Source of the DNA: Clostridia bacterium
GTDB lineage: Bacteria > Bacillota > Clostridia > Christensenellales > UBA1242
NCBI GenBank assembly: GCA_017467625.1
Contig: JAFUSN010000003.1
Coordinates: 193,378 to 257,377 of the forward strand
Direction: 5' to 3'
DNA: 64,000 bases
Shown here: piece after piece, positions 7,844 to 17,030 of the stretch
Layout of the letters: each line of letters begins with the position of its first letter
How positions within the stretch are numbered: position 1 is the stretch's first letter
Position numbers and translations under genes: made by a program
The notes under the pieces: model-generated
Seen by the model: only the letters and a program-made list of their open reading frames with translations
Told to the model about the DNA's origin: nothing
Database searches by the model: none

Positions 7844-9268
7844 TTAATATTGAATTCCCCAAGTAACTAAATATTTTGCAGGTTTTCCACAAACAACACA
7901 ATTTCCAGTTAGTGGCTTTTCACCTTCCATTATGCATCTTGATTTAGTTCCACGAATTTCTTTTATTCTAAGTTCACAATTTGGATCACCACACCAATCA
8001 GCCTTGATAAATCCAGGAGTTGTGTTCATAATTTTTTCAAACTCTTCAAGATTTTTTGCTTCATAGGTCATGTTATCACGGCGAGTTCTTGCACGTTCAA
8101 GCATTTCTTTTTGGATTTTATCCATAAGTACATTAATTTCAGCAACTATGTCAGCATCTTTTGATATTTGAATTTTTTCTTTAGTGTCACGACGAGTTAA
8201 AGTGATGAGTCCCTTTTCAAGATCACGCTTTCCAATTTCAATTCTTACAGGAATTCCAAGCACTTCAGCTTCTGCAAATTTGAACCCTGGATTGTTTTCG
8301 CTTGCATCAATTTCAACTGCAATTCCAGCATTTTTAAGCCTTTGATAATAGTTTTGTGAAAGTTCGTTAATTTGTTCATCATTTCCAATATTGATTATTC
8401 TAACTTGAGTTGGAGCAATTTTTGGAGGCAAAACCAAGCCGTCATCATCACTATGAACCATGATTAGAGCACCAATCATTCTGCTGGAAACTCCCCATGA
8501 TGTTTGATAAGCATATTCATATTCATTATTTCTGTTTAAAAATTTAATGTCATAAGCTTTACTAAATTTTTGGCCGAAATAATGACTGGTTCCTGATTGA
8601 AGTGAAACACCATTATACATAAGTGCTTCAATTGTTAAAGTGTAGTCAGCGCCAGCAAATTTTTCTTTTTCAGTTTTTCTTCCTGTTATTGGAGGAATTG
8701 CTAGATAGTCTTCAAAAAACTTTTTATATACTTCAAGCATTCCACGTGTTTCTGCTTCTGCTTCTGCGGCGGTTTCATGAACGGTGTGACCTTCTTGCCA
8801 CCAAAATTCGCGAGAACGCAAAAATGGCCTTGTTTCTTTTTCCCAGCGCATTACTGAACACCATTGGTTGTATTTAAGTGGCAAATCACGGTATGAATTT
8901 ACTACATTTGAATAGTAGTCACTAAAAAGCGTTTCACTGGTTGGACGAATACACATTCTTTCATCAAGCGTTTTATTTCCACCAACAGTTACCCAAGCAA
9001 CTTCAGGTGCAAATCCATTTATAAGTTCGCCTTCTTTTTTCATTAAGTTTTCAGGAATAAGCATTGGCATGGCAACATTTTTATGACCTGTTTCTTTAAA
9101 CATGTTGTCAAGATTTTTTTGGATATTTTCCCAAATGGCATAACCATTTGGTTCTAAGATTATGCATCCCTTTACATTGGAATATGATGACAAATGTGCT
9201 GCATTCACAACATCTGTATACCATTTAGCAAAATCAACATCTCTGCTTGTGATTTTTTTATTTGCCAT
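7844..9268 (-). CDS. proS: Proline--tRNA ligase, archaeal/eukaryote-like type
   Basis: 474 aa with class II motifs, a C-terminal Cys-rich domain (CGDPNCE..CVVCGKPA) and a terminal Tyr. Confidence 0.9.
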   Translation of the reverse strand: MANKKITSRDVDFAKWYTDVVNAAHLSSYSNVKGCIILEPNGYAIWENIQKNLDNMFKETGHKNVAMPMLIPENLMKKEGELINGFAPEVAWVTVGGNKTLDERMCIRPTSETLFSDYYSNVVNSYRDLPLKYNQWCSVMRWEKETRPFLRSREFWWQEGHTVHETAAEAEAETRGMLEVYKKFFEDYLAIPPITGRKTEKEKFAGADYTLTIEALMYNGVSLQSGTSHYFGQKFSKAYDIKFLNRNNEYEYAYQTSWGVSSRMIGALIMVHSDDDGLVLPPKIAPTQVRIINIGNDEQINELSQNYYQRLKNAGIAVEIDASENNPGFKFAEAEVLGIPVRIEIGKRDLEKGLITLTRRDTKEKIQISKDADIVAEINVLMDKIQKEMLERARTRRDNMTYEAKNLEEFEKIMNTTPGFIKADWCGDPNCELRIKEIRGTKSRCIMEGEKPLTGNCVVCGKPAKYLVTWGIQY

Positions 9269-9279
9269 AAATTTCTCCT

Positions 9280-11094
9280 TTAGTCTAGTATAGCCTTAAT
9301 TCTTCTAATTCCAGATGAAGAACTTTCTTCTTTAATAATTTTAAAATGATGAAGATCGCCAGTATTTTTGGCATGAGGTCCACCACAAATTTGTTTATCA
9401 ACATCACCAATTGTGTAAACTTTAACTTTTTCACCATACTTGGAATCAAAAATTCCGTATGCGCCTTTTGCTCTTGCTTCATCTAATGTCAGCTCTTCAC
9501 TTGTGACATCAAGTTTGCGCTCAATTGCTCTATTTACAAAATCTTCAATTTCTTTAATTTCTTCAGGCGTCATTTTGTGATCAAGATTAAAGTCAAAACG
9601 GAGCCTTTCAGGAGTGATGTTTGAACCTCTTTGTTCTGTTTGAGTTCCATACTTGTTTCTAAGAGCAGCCAAAAGTAAGTGAGTTGCTGTGTGGAGTTTT
9701 GCGTTTTCATAAGATGAATCTGCAAGGCCGCCCTTGAATGTTCCAGCTGAAGCTGTTCTACTTAGCTCTTGATGGGCTTTAAATGCCTCTTCATATCCAG
9801 CTTTATCTACTGCATATCCACGCTCTTTTGCAATTTCTTCAGTAAGTTCAAGTGGAAAACCAAACGTGTCAAATAATCTAAATGCGGCTTTTCCACTTAT
9901 AATGTTTTCAACAATTTCACCTTCTTTTGCAAATTGCTTATGGCGTTCAATTCCACCAATAACTTTTTCAAACTCTTTAAAACCTTGATCAATTGCCTTA
10001 GAAAATTTTTCAACTTCGGCACCAAGTTCTGTTTTAACAAGTTCTCTATTTTTTACTAAAACATCATAATCATATGAATAGTAATCAATATATAAATCTG
10101 CAACATCAGCAAAGAATTTAGTGTCAAGCCCAATTTTTCTTGCGTGATTAACACTTCTTCTAATGAACCTTCTCAAAATGTATCCCTGCCCAACATTCGA
10201 TGGTTTTACGCCAGTTTCATCACCTAAAATAAACACGCTGCTTCGAAGGTGGTCAGCCAAAATTCTGTATGATTTTACTGTTTCTGGTGAATTTTTAATT
10301 TCAGCTTTTTCATTCATAAAATCAATAACATCTTTAAATATGCCAACATCATAGCTCGATTCAACACCATTTAAAACACAGATTGTTCTTTCAACACCCA
10401 TACCGGTATCAATATTTGGATTTTCCAAAAGTTTTGCCTTTTCGCCTGGATTGTCAATTTTGTATTGCATGAAAACATCATTCCAAATTTCATTGTACTT
10501 TCCACAGTGACATCCAGGTCTACAATTTGGAGAGCATTTTGGTTTTCCTGAATCATAAAACATTTCTGTGTCAGGACCGCATGGACCAACGCCACTTCCA
10601 AGACCCCACCAGTTGTCTTCTTTAGGATTAAAATAGATATGATCTTCAGCAAGGCCACATGCTTTCCATGTGTTTGCAGCAACATCATCACGAGGAGCGG
10701 TTTCATCACCCTCAAAAACAGTTACGGAAAGTCTGTCTACAGGAATTCCCAAATATTCTTTGCTAGTTAAAAATTCAAATGATAGTTTAATCATCTCTTC
10801 TTTTGGACATGATCCCATAAACCAGTTTCCAAGCATTTCAAAAAATGTGTTGTGATTGTAGTCACCAACACTGTCAATGTCTCCGGTTCGGATGCATCTT
10901 TGGGTGTCAAAAAGTTTTCTTCCAGATGGGTGTTTTTCTCCTAATAAATATGGCACAAGTGGATGCATTCCCGCAGTTGTAAACAAAACAGTTGGGTCGT
11001 TTTCAGGAACGACTGAGCTGTTTTTAATTTGAACAAATCCATGTTCACTAAAAAATTTTTTCCATAAAGATTTAAGTTGTTTATCTGTAATCAT
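9280..11094 (-). CDS. alaS: Alanine--tRNA ligase, short form with catalytic and editing domains and no C-Ala domain
   Basis: TAGMHP, QRCIRTGDID, FFEMLGNW, editing HTATHLL and CGGPH. The protein ends right after GIRRIKAILD. Start set to the ATG at 11094, preceded by AAGAGG, giving 604 aa. Confidence 0.85.
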   Translation of the reverse strand: MITDKQLKSLWKKFFSEHGFVQIKNSSVVPENDPTVLFTTAGMHPLVPYLLGEKHPSGRKLFDTQRCIRTGDIDSVGDYNHNTFFEMLGNWFMGSCPKEEMIKLSFEFLTSKEYLGIPVDRLSVTVFEGDETAPRDDVAANTWKACGLAEDHIYFNPKEDNWWGLGSGVGPCGPDTEMFYDSGKPKCSPNCRPGCHCGKYNEIWNDVFMQYKIDNPGEKAKLLENPNIDTGMGVERTICVLNGVESSYDVGIFKDVIDFMNEKAEIKNSPETVKSYRILADHLRSSVFILGDETGVKPSNVGQGYILRRFIRRSVNHARKIGLDTKFFADVADLYIDYYSYDYDVLVKNRELVKTELGAEVEKFSKAIDQGFKEFEKVIGGIERHKQFAKEGEIVENIISGKAAFRLFDTFGFPLELTEEIAKERGYAVDKAGYEEAFKAHQELSRTASAGTFKGGLADSSYENAKLHTATHLLLAALRNKYGTQTEQRGSNITPERLRFDFNLDHKMTPEEIKEIEDFVNRAIERKLDVTSEELTLDEARAKGAYGIFDSKYGEKVKVYTIGDVDKQICGGPHAKNTGDLHHFKIIKEESSSSGIRRIKAILD

Positions 11095-11186
11095 ATTTGC
11101 CTCTTTTTGTTTTACAATGGGAATTATAATATAATTATAAAAAAAAATCAATTAAAACATTATTCTAATTGATTTTAAAGCAAAAG

Positions 11187-11215
11187 AAAAGCACCTAAAA
11201 CTAGGTGCTTTTTTT
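11187..11215. terminator. Bidirectional terminator
   Basis: aaaagcacctaaaactaggtgcttttt. Confidence 0.7.
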
Positions 11216-11219
11216 GGTT

Positions 11220-11441
11220 TTAGACATTAAGCAATCTTAAAATGCTCTTATTCATAATCATGAATACTAAGTCACAAATCCAAACAATTGTGAAACCGAA
11301 GATAAGTCTGATAAGACCAGCAACGATTTTACCTTCTTGGAATCTTGTTACAAATCCGCAAACCCAAGATGTTACTGGGATGATTGCAAGGATTAAACTA
11401 ACAATCCAGCTAAGACCAAAATAATCTGATTTCTTTGCCAT
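11220..11441 (-). CDS. Small two-TM membrane protein, paralog A
   Basis: Start at the ATG 9 nt after AAGGAGA. 73 aa with two hydrophobic helices. Confidence 0.6.
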   Translation of the reverse strand: MAKKSDYFGLSWIVSLILAIIPVTSWVCGFVTRFQEGKIVAGLIRLIFGFTIVWICDLVFMIMNKSILRLLNV

Positions 11442-11616
11442 ATTTTGCACTCTCCTTTGAATTTCTACATTTAGTATAGTTTCATTTTATATTAAAATCA
11501 ACTAAAAAATGTCTTTCTTTTTAAAATTTTGATGTTTTTTTGATAAACAAATTATTATAGGTTTTTATTCTAAATTAACATCAAGCAGAATATGTTTTAT
11601 TAAAAGGAGAACAAAA

Positions 11617-11850
11617 ATGAAAGATATTGTTAAAGCTTTTGATAAAATGCCATGGATTTTAAAACTTGTTTTAGCACTTCCCATTTTGGATATTGTCTGG
11701 GCAATTTATAGAATAGTTAAAGGAGCACAAACAAAAAATACTGGAATGATTGTAGTTGGAGCACTTTGGATTGTGTTTGGTTGTGTAATAACATGGCTTG
11801 TTGATTTTATTTGCATTATTGCATTCAAAAGACCAACAGTTATGGCATAA
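11617..11850 (+). CDS. Small two-TM membrane protein, paralog B
   Basis: RBS aaggaga. Same length class and helix layout as 11220..11441. Terminator hairpin at 11851-11878. Confidence 0.6.
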   Translation: MKDIVKAFDKMPWILKLVLALPILDIVWAIYRIVKGAQTKNTGMIVVGALWIVFGCVITWLVDFICIIAFKRPTVMA

Positions 11851-11876
11851 AGATATGGATTTTCCATATCTTTTTT

Positions 11877-12830
11877 TTAGCAAAATTTTTGAATGAGTTT
11901 ATCATAATTATTAAAAAGAAAGCTTATAGGTATATCTAAACATGTGAATGATCCATACGATTTTGTTTTTGATAATTTTACTATGGCTTGAATATATGCC
12001 GTCATCACACTTGCCGTAAAATCAGGGTTTGATGACATTTTAACACGAAATTCAAGGCTTGATTTTTCGTGATTTGTGTGTATTATGTGTGACATAACTT
12101 CCCCTTTATGCATAAGTTTTTGCTTAATTTTTAAAAGTTCAATCCCACTTACAAAATTAACAATTGTTTTTTCACCTTTAAAATAATTTGGAATATTTTT
12201 TATTGCGTATTCAACTTTTGCCTGATGTTCCTTTTTACAATTTACAAAACATTCTCGAAAATGTAAATTTGATTTTTCAGTCAAATTTGCATTTCTTGCT
12301 TGCTTTACTTTTTCAATGTTTGGAATTGTGAATTCAACTCCGTCATCAACACCTTCAACTTGTCTAATTGCGTCGCTGTGCCCCATGCTTATTCCTTTTC
12401 CCCAAAAGGTTGTTGGTTCATTTTTTGTTATTGCATAAAACATTGCCCTAATTATGCTGAAAATTCCAGGATCCCAGCCACATGACATGATTGAAATGGT
12501 TTTATTTTCCTTGCAAATTTTATTAAGTTTTGAGTGTAATGTTGGGATTTTTGAATGTGTGTCAAAAGAGTTTATTGTGTTGAAATTTTTAGCTATTTCT
12601 GGGGCTTGAATTTCAATATCACTAAATGATCCGCCACACATAAGCATAACATCAATTTTTTTCTTATAAATTAATATGTTTTCCAATGGTTCAATTAAAG
12701 TTTTAAATGGTGAAGTTATTGTTCTTCTGGAAAATATCGCAACAAGATTATAGCTTGGATTTGAAAGAATGATTCGTTCGACTGCCTTTCCTAAATTTCC
12801 ATAGCCGATTATACCTATGTTAATTTTCAT
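11877..12830 (-). CDS. ddh: meso-Diaminopimelate D-dehydrogenase
   Basis: N-terminus MKINIGIIGYGNLGKAVERII....NLVAIFSRR matches the Ddh family N-terminus. 317 aa, located next to dapA. Confidence 0.75.
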   Translation of the reverse strand: MKINIGIIGYGNLGKAVERIILSNPSYNLVAIFSRRTITSPFKTLIEPLENILIYKKKIDVMLMCGGSFSDIEIQAPEIAKNFNTINSFDTHSKIPTLHSKLNKICKENKTISIMSCGWDPGIFSIIRAMFYAITKNEPTTFWGKGISMGHSDAIRQVEGVDDGVEFTIPNIEKVKQARNANLTEKSNLHFRECFVNCKKEHQAKVEYAIKNIPNYFKGEKTIVNFVSGIELLKIKQKLMHKGEVMSHIIHTNHEKSSLEFRVKMSSNPDFTASVMTAYIQAIVKLSKTKSYGSFTCLDIPISFLFNNYDKLIQKFC

Positions 12831-13695
12831 ATTGTTTTTTGATCTCCTTAAGTTTATTTATTACTTTGGCGTTAGGACTTGTTAATGGAAGTCTTGGATT
12901 ACCGACATTTATTCCCATGAGTTGAAGATATTTTTTGACGCATATTGGATTTATGTCTAAAAAAAGGGCCTTATTTATTGGATAAAGAATATTTGATATG
13001 CGACGAGCGTTTTTATAATCAAAATTTAGGGCAAAAAAGCACTCTAAATCAACCAAATCTGGATAACAGTTTCCAGTGACTGAAATAACGCCCTTTCCGC
13101 CTGCCAAAATTGTTTCTAGGGTTAATTCATCATTGCCTGAATAGAGAGCAAAATCACTTTTTGTGTTTAAAATTATGTCTTTAATTTGATTCAAATTTCC
13201 ACTCGCTTCTTTAATTCCAACAATATTTTTAATTCTTGAAAGTTTGATGACGGTTTCCGGAAGTAGATTTACGCCAGTTCTTGACGGAACATTGTAGAGT
13301 ATTATTGGAATTTGAGATTCAGTTGCGATTGTTTTGAAATGTTGGTAAAGTCCATTTTGATTGCATTTATTGTAGTATGGAGTGACAACTAAACAAGCTG
13401 AAGCTCCAAGTGCTTTTGCTTCTTTTGCAAACGATACAGCTATTTTTGTGCTATTTGAACCAGTACCAACAATTATTGGAATTTTTGAAGCAGTGATTGT
13501 TACTACAAATGAAATGATTTTCTTTCGTTCTTCTGGTGTTATTGTTGCAGCCTCGCCAGTTGTTCCAAGAATTACTAGTGCTTTTGTTCCAGAAACAATT
13601 TGACGGTCAACAAGTTGCTTTAAAACCTGATAGTTTACATTTCCGCTTTTATCAAAAGGTGTAATGAGTGCAGTGCATGAACCCTCAAAAATCAT
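12820..13695 (-). CDS. dapA: 4-hydroxy-tetrahydrodipicolinate synthase
   Basis: TALITPF, GTTGEA, YNVPSRTG, IVGIKEASG. Start set to the ATG at 13695, behind GAGGAG. Confidence 0.9.
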   Translation of the reverse strand: MIFEGSCTALITPFDKSGNVNYQVLKQLVDRQIVSGTKALVILGTTGEAATITPEERKKIISFVVTITASKIPIIVGTGSNSTKIAVSFAKEAKALGASACLVVTPYYNKCNQNGLYQHFKTIATESQIPIILYNVPSRTGVNLLPETVIKLSRIKNIVGIKEASGNLNQIKDIILNTKSDFALYSGNDELTLETILAGGKGVISVTGNCYPDLVDLECFFALNFDYKNARRISNILYPINKALFLDINPICVKKYLQLMGINVGNPRLPLTSPNAKVINKLKEIKKQYEN

Positions 13696-13808
13696 AGTTA
13701 TCTCCTCTAACAAGTTATTCAAATAACAAAAATTATGTTTACAAAATGCTTAAATGAAATTTACAAAGGATTAATAATTGAGTATAATTTTTTTTAGTGA
13801 GGTAAATT

Positions 13809-14345
13809 ATGGAAAAAACAAATGTAGAAAAATTAAAAACATATTCCCTATTTATTTTGAAACCAGGATTTTTGTTTCACAAAGAAGGACTTGATGATGT
13901 TTTAACACAAAATGGAATTGTGATTATTGATCAAGTTGCTGGCGCAATTGACAGAAAAGAAATTGAAGTTCACTATGAAGAGCACAAAGGCAAATCTTTT
14001 TATGACGGACTTGTAAATTATATGGCTGAAGGTGAAGTTATTGGCCTACCACTTTTTGATAATAAAGTTATCACAATGCTTATTTCAAGTTCAAATGCAG
14101 ATGAGCTTGAACCAGATTTTATTTTGAGAACTAGAAAACTCGTTAAAGAAGTTTTAAGACCAATGTTTGAACTTCAAAATGATGATCCAAGATTTGAAAG
14201 TTTAAAACTTAATGCTGAAGAAATTAAAGAAATTAAGATGACGGCAAATGGAATTCATGCATCTGATGGTCCTGAATCAGCTTATAGAGAAGTTATTCAT
14301 TTCTTCCCTAACTATGCAGAATTGTTAGAGAAACCACAAAATTAA
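13809..14345 (+). CDS. ndk: Nucleoside diphosphate kinase-like protein (divergent, elongated)
   Basis: LFILKPG, YEEHKGKSFYDGLVNYM and NGIHASDGPESAYREVIHFF correspond to NDK motifs, including the NxxH(G/A)SD active-site region. 178 aa. Confidence 0.6.
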   Translation: MEKTNVEKLKTYSLFILKPGFLFHKEGLDDVLTQNGIVIIDQVAGAIDRKEIEVHYEEHKGKSFYDGLVNYMAEGEVIGLPLFDNKVITMLISSSNADELEPDFILRTRKLVKEVLRPMFELQNDDPRFESLKLNAEEIKEIKMTANGIHASDGPESAYREVIHFFPNYAELLEKPQN

Positions 14346-14391
14346 ATTTATCAAAAAATACAACTTAAATGTGTTAACGATTAACTAAAAT

Positions 14392-14419
14392 AAAAAGCAC
14401 CAAGTAATTGGTGCTTTTT
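14392..14419 (+). terminator. Terminator of the ndk-like gene
   Basis: aaaaagcaccaagtaattggtgcttttt. Confidence 0.75.
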
Positions 14420-14445
14420 ATTATTTAATTTAGCTAATTAAAAAT

Positions 14446-14472
14446 AAAAAGCCTAAATAATTAGGCTTTTTT
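14446..14472 (-). terminator. Terminator of the tRNA operon
   Basis: aaaaagcctaaataattaggctttttt, with a T-run on both strands. Confidence 0.7.
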
Positions 14473-14560
14473 GGTGCTGATGGCCGGACTTGAACCGGCA
14501 CGGATATTTCTACCCGAGGGATTTTAAGTCCCTTGCGTCTACCTGTTTCGCCACATCAGC
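14472..14560 (-). tRNA. tRNA-Leu(UAA), CCA encoded
   Basis: Manual fold: acceptor GCTGATG/CATCAGC, anticodon loop CTTAAAA, long variable arm, T-loop GGTTCAAGTCC. Confidence 0.9.
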
Positions 14561-14568
14561 ATATATTT

Positions 14569-14643
14569 TGGAGGCGACACTCGGAATCGAACCGAGGAAT
14601 GGAGGTTTTGCAGACCTGTGCCTTACCGCTTGGCTATGTCGCC
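14569..14643 (-). tRNA. tRNA-Cys(GCA), CCA encoded
   Basis: Acceptor GGCGACA/TGTCGCC, anticodon loop CTGCAAA, T-loop GGTTCGATTCC. Confidence 0.9.
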
Positions 14644-14694
14644 GTAAAAGTGCAAACGGCAAGTTTTTCAACCCGCCGCTCTCACCTTCTTCTT

Positions 14695-14769
14695 TGGAGC
14701 GGGAAACGAGATTCGAACTCGCGACATCTGCCTTGGCAAGGCAGCGCTCTACCACTGAGCCATTCCCGC
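14695..14769 (-). tRNA. tRNA-Gly(GCC), CCA encoded
   Basis: Acceptor GCGGGAA/TTCCCGC, anticodon stem-loop CTGCC-TTGCCAA-GGCAG, T-loop AGTTCGAATCT. Confidence 0.9.
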
Positions 14770-14815
14770 ATAAAATAAAATTACTCGCCCGCACCGATAA
14801 GTGCAGTGCGAGTAA
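14770..14815 (-). terminator. Terminator-like hairpin plus U-run between tRNA-Val and tRNA-Gly
   Basis: Minus strand forms a hairpin ttactcgc(actgcac-ttatc-ggtgcgg)gcgagtaa followed by ttttatttta, 1-2 nt before tRNA-Gly. Confidence 0.45.
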
Positions 14816-14821
14816 TAAAGC

Positions 14822-14897
14822 TGGTGGGGGCTATAGGGCTCGAACCTATGACCGCCTGCTTGTAAGGCAGGTGCTCTCCCAGCTGCGCTAAACCCCC
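14822..14897 (-). tRNA. tRNA-Val(UAC), CCA encoded
   Basis: Acceptor GGGGGTT/AGCCCCC, anticodon stem-loop CCTGC-CTTACAA-GCAGG, T-loop GGTTCGAGCCC. Confidence 0.9.
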
Positions 14898-14918
14898 ACG
14901 TTCTTGACGAACAATAGT

Positions 14919-14947
14919 AATATATCAAATATTTAATTTAATTGCAA
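14919..14947 (-). promoter_or_regulatory. SigA-type promoter of the tRNA operon
   Basis: Minus strand reads TTGCAA, 17 nt spacer, TATATT, about 20 nt upstream of tRNA-Val. Confidence 0.55.
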
Positions 14948-14971
14948 GCATTTTTATAAAAAAATTAAAAT

Positions 14972-16993
14972 TTAATTTAAAATTATTTTAGATAATGAGT
15001 GGCTATTTGATATTTTTGCCCCTTTTTCAAGAACTTTTGTGAATAATGGAACATCTTTTTTAATTTGTTCAAGAATCTCCCGTGCCAATGAATAGTTTTC
15101 TGACATAAGCCGCATTATTAGCCCATTATCGTCACCATGTTGATTGGTTCCAAGAACACTTCCTGCCCCACGAGTTTTTAAGTCAAATTCAGCTATGTCA
15201 AATCCATCTGTGTGATCCTTGAAATATGCAATTCGCGCAAAAGATTTTTCATTAAGATTATCAGCAAGACAAAAACAATTAGATTCCTTTCCATCTCGCC
15301 CAATTCGTCCACGGAGTTGGTGAAGCGTTGCAAGACCAAAGCGCTCAGGTGATGCAATTACTAAAATGTCGCTTCCTTCAATATCAACACCAACTTCAAT
15401 AATTGTGGTTGAAACTAAAATCTTTATGCTTCCATTTTTAAATGATTCAATTACTTTATTTTGATTTTCCTTTGACAGTTTTCCATGAATTAATCCAACT
15501 TGAGTTTTATCAAATTTTTTGCATAAAAATGTGTACATATTTTTTGCGGATAGTGCAATTTCTGAATCATCATCATTTTCTTCATCAATTTTTGCACAAA
15601 CAACAAAAACCTTGGAATTTTGTTCAATCTTTTTTTGAATGTAATTCCACATGTCATTTTGTTTTGATTTTATAACTATATTAGTTTGAATATTAACGCG
15701 ATGTGGGCGTGAGAGCAATTTAGATATATCTAAATCGCCATAAAAAACAAGTGAAAGTGAACGAGGTATTGGGGTTGCACTCATAACAAGAATATCAGTT
15801 GTAATTCCTTTATTTTTCAGCATTTTACGCTCTTCAACTCCAAAGCGATGTTGTTCATCAATTACAGCAAAAGATAAATTTTTGAAATTTATATTTTGTG
15901 AAAGCAGTGCGTGAGTTCCAATTATTAAATTTGCCTCCCCTCTTTCAATTTTTGATAAAATTTCATTTTTTTGTTGCGCAGATTGTGAGCCTGTTAAACA
16001 CACTATTGAAAATCCAAGATTATTAAAAATTTTTTGTGCGGTGTTAAAGTGTTGAGAAGCTAAAATTTCAGTTGGCGCAATAATTGCCGACTGAAAGCCA
16101 TTTTTTAGTGCAATAAACGCACCAAATAATGCTACCATAGTTTTTCCAGATCCAACATCACCCTGAAGAAGTCTGTTCATTGAAAATTTTGACAAAAAGT
16201 CATTTTCAATATCATGACATGCTTTAATTTGATCATAAGTAAGTTTAAATGGGATAAGTTTTTCAAATTCTTCTAAAAGACCAAAAATTTTTGTGTAACT
16301 TGATTTTCTGGTTTCACGAAGCATCATTTTATTATAGTCGTTGATTGCAAGAATTGGGATTAAGCTTTCAAGCTCAATTCTACTTTTGCAACGGCTCAAT
16401 ATTTCGTCATCATTTTGAGTTGGATTATGGATGATTTTGTAAGCATCACGAATGTTCATTAAATTATATTTTGATAACAATTTATTTGGCACAAATGTTG
16501 GAATTTCCAGCATTTCAAGTGATTCATTGATTGCATCATGAATAATTTTTTGACCAATTTTTTCAATTGAATGATAGACTGGAAGAAAGTTTTCACCATT
16601 AAGTTTTTCAATAAATTTTGAAAGATTTACATTAAATGTGTTCTTTTTTGTTTTACTGTTTTTACCAAATAAAAAAAGTTCTGCACCAAGATACAGAGTT
16701 GATTTTAGATATGTTTGATTAAACCATACAGCGTTGAATTTATGCCCAACCTCATCAGCCATTTTGCAGGTTATAAATGACATTTTTCCACGCACATGAA
16801 CAATTGAAGGATTGTCAATTACAGTTGATTTAATAATTCTGGCTTTTCCGTCATCTGAATATGGTTCGGTTTTTGAAAAATCATAATACTTATATGGATA
16901 GTAATTTATTAAATCATATGGAGAAAAAATGCCATTTTCATTAAATGACTTTTCCCTCGCCGGACCAATTCCTGATAAATCCTTCAATTCCAT
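14972..16993 (-). CDS. recG: ATP-dependent DNA helicase RecG
   Basis: GDVGSGKT, DEQHRFG, TATPIPRS-like MSATPIPRS, QLRGRIGR. The listed ORF starts at a TTG two codons upstream (16999); the first ATG is at 16993. Confidence 0.9.
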   Translation of the reverse strand: MELKDLSGIGPAREKSFNENGIFSPYDLINYYPYKYYDFSKTEPYSDDGKARIIKSTVIDNPSIVHVRGKMSFITCKMADEVGHKFNAVWFNQTYLKSTLYLGAELFLFGKNSKTKKNTFNVNLSKFIEKLNGENFLPVYHSIEKIGQKIIHDAINESLEMLEIPTFVPNKLLSKYNLMNIRDAYKIIHNPTQNDDEILSRCKSRIELESLIPILAINDYNKMMLRETRKSSYTKIFGLLEEFEKLIPFKLTYDQIKACHDIENDFLSKFSMNRLLQGDVGSGKTMVALFGAFIALKNGFQSAIIAPTEILASQHFNTAQKIFNNLGFSIVCLTGSQSAQQKNEILSKIERGEANLIIGTHALLSQNINFKNLSFAVIDEQHRFGVEERKMLKNKGITTDILVMSATPIPRSLSLVFYGDLDISKLLSRPHRVNIQTNIVIKSKQNDMWNYIQKKIEQNSKVFVVCAKIDEENDDDSEIALSAKNMYTFLCKKFDKTQVGLIHGKLSKENQNKVIESFKNGSIKILVSTTIIEVGVDIEGSDILVIASPERFGLATLHQLRGRIGRDGKESNCFCLADNLNEKSFARIAYFKDHTDGFDIAEFDLKTRGAGSVLGTNQHGDDNGLIMRLMSENYSLAREILEQIKKDVPLFTKVLEKGAKISNSHSLSKIILN

Positions 16994-17030
16994 ATGCAAA
17001 TTATATCATAATTATAAAAATTTTCACAAC

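Noticed and set aside
11095-11186. T-box or other riboswitch leaders upstream of alaS-proS. The same was checked upstream of dapA (13696-13808).
   Set aside because: The leaders are under 115 nt and are fully accounted for by promoters, RBSs and the neighbouring gene's terminator. No specifier or antiterminator architecture fits.
14490-14891. Three listed ORFs (81-133 aa) overlapping 14490-14891.
   Set aside because: The region folds into four canonical tRNAs with encoded CCA ends. The ORFs are artefacts of GC-rich tRNA sequence.
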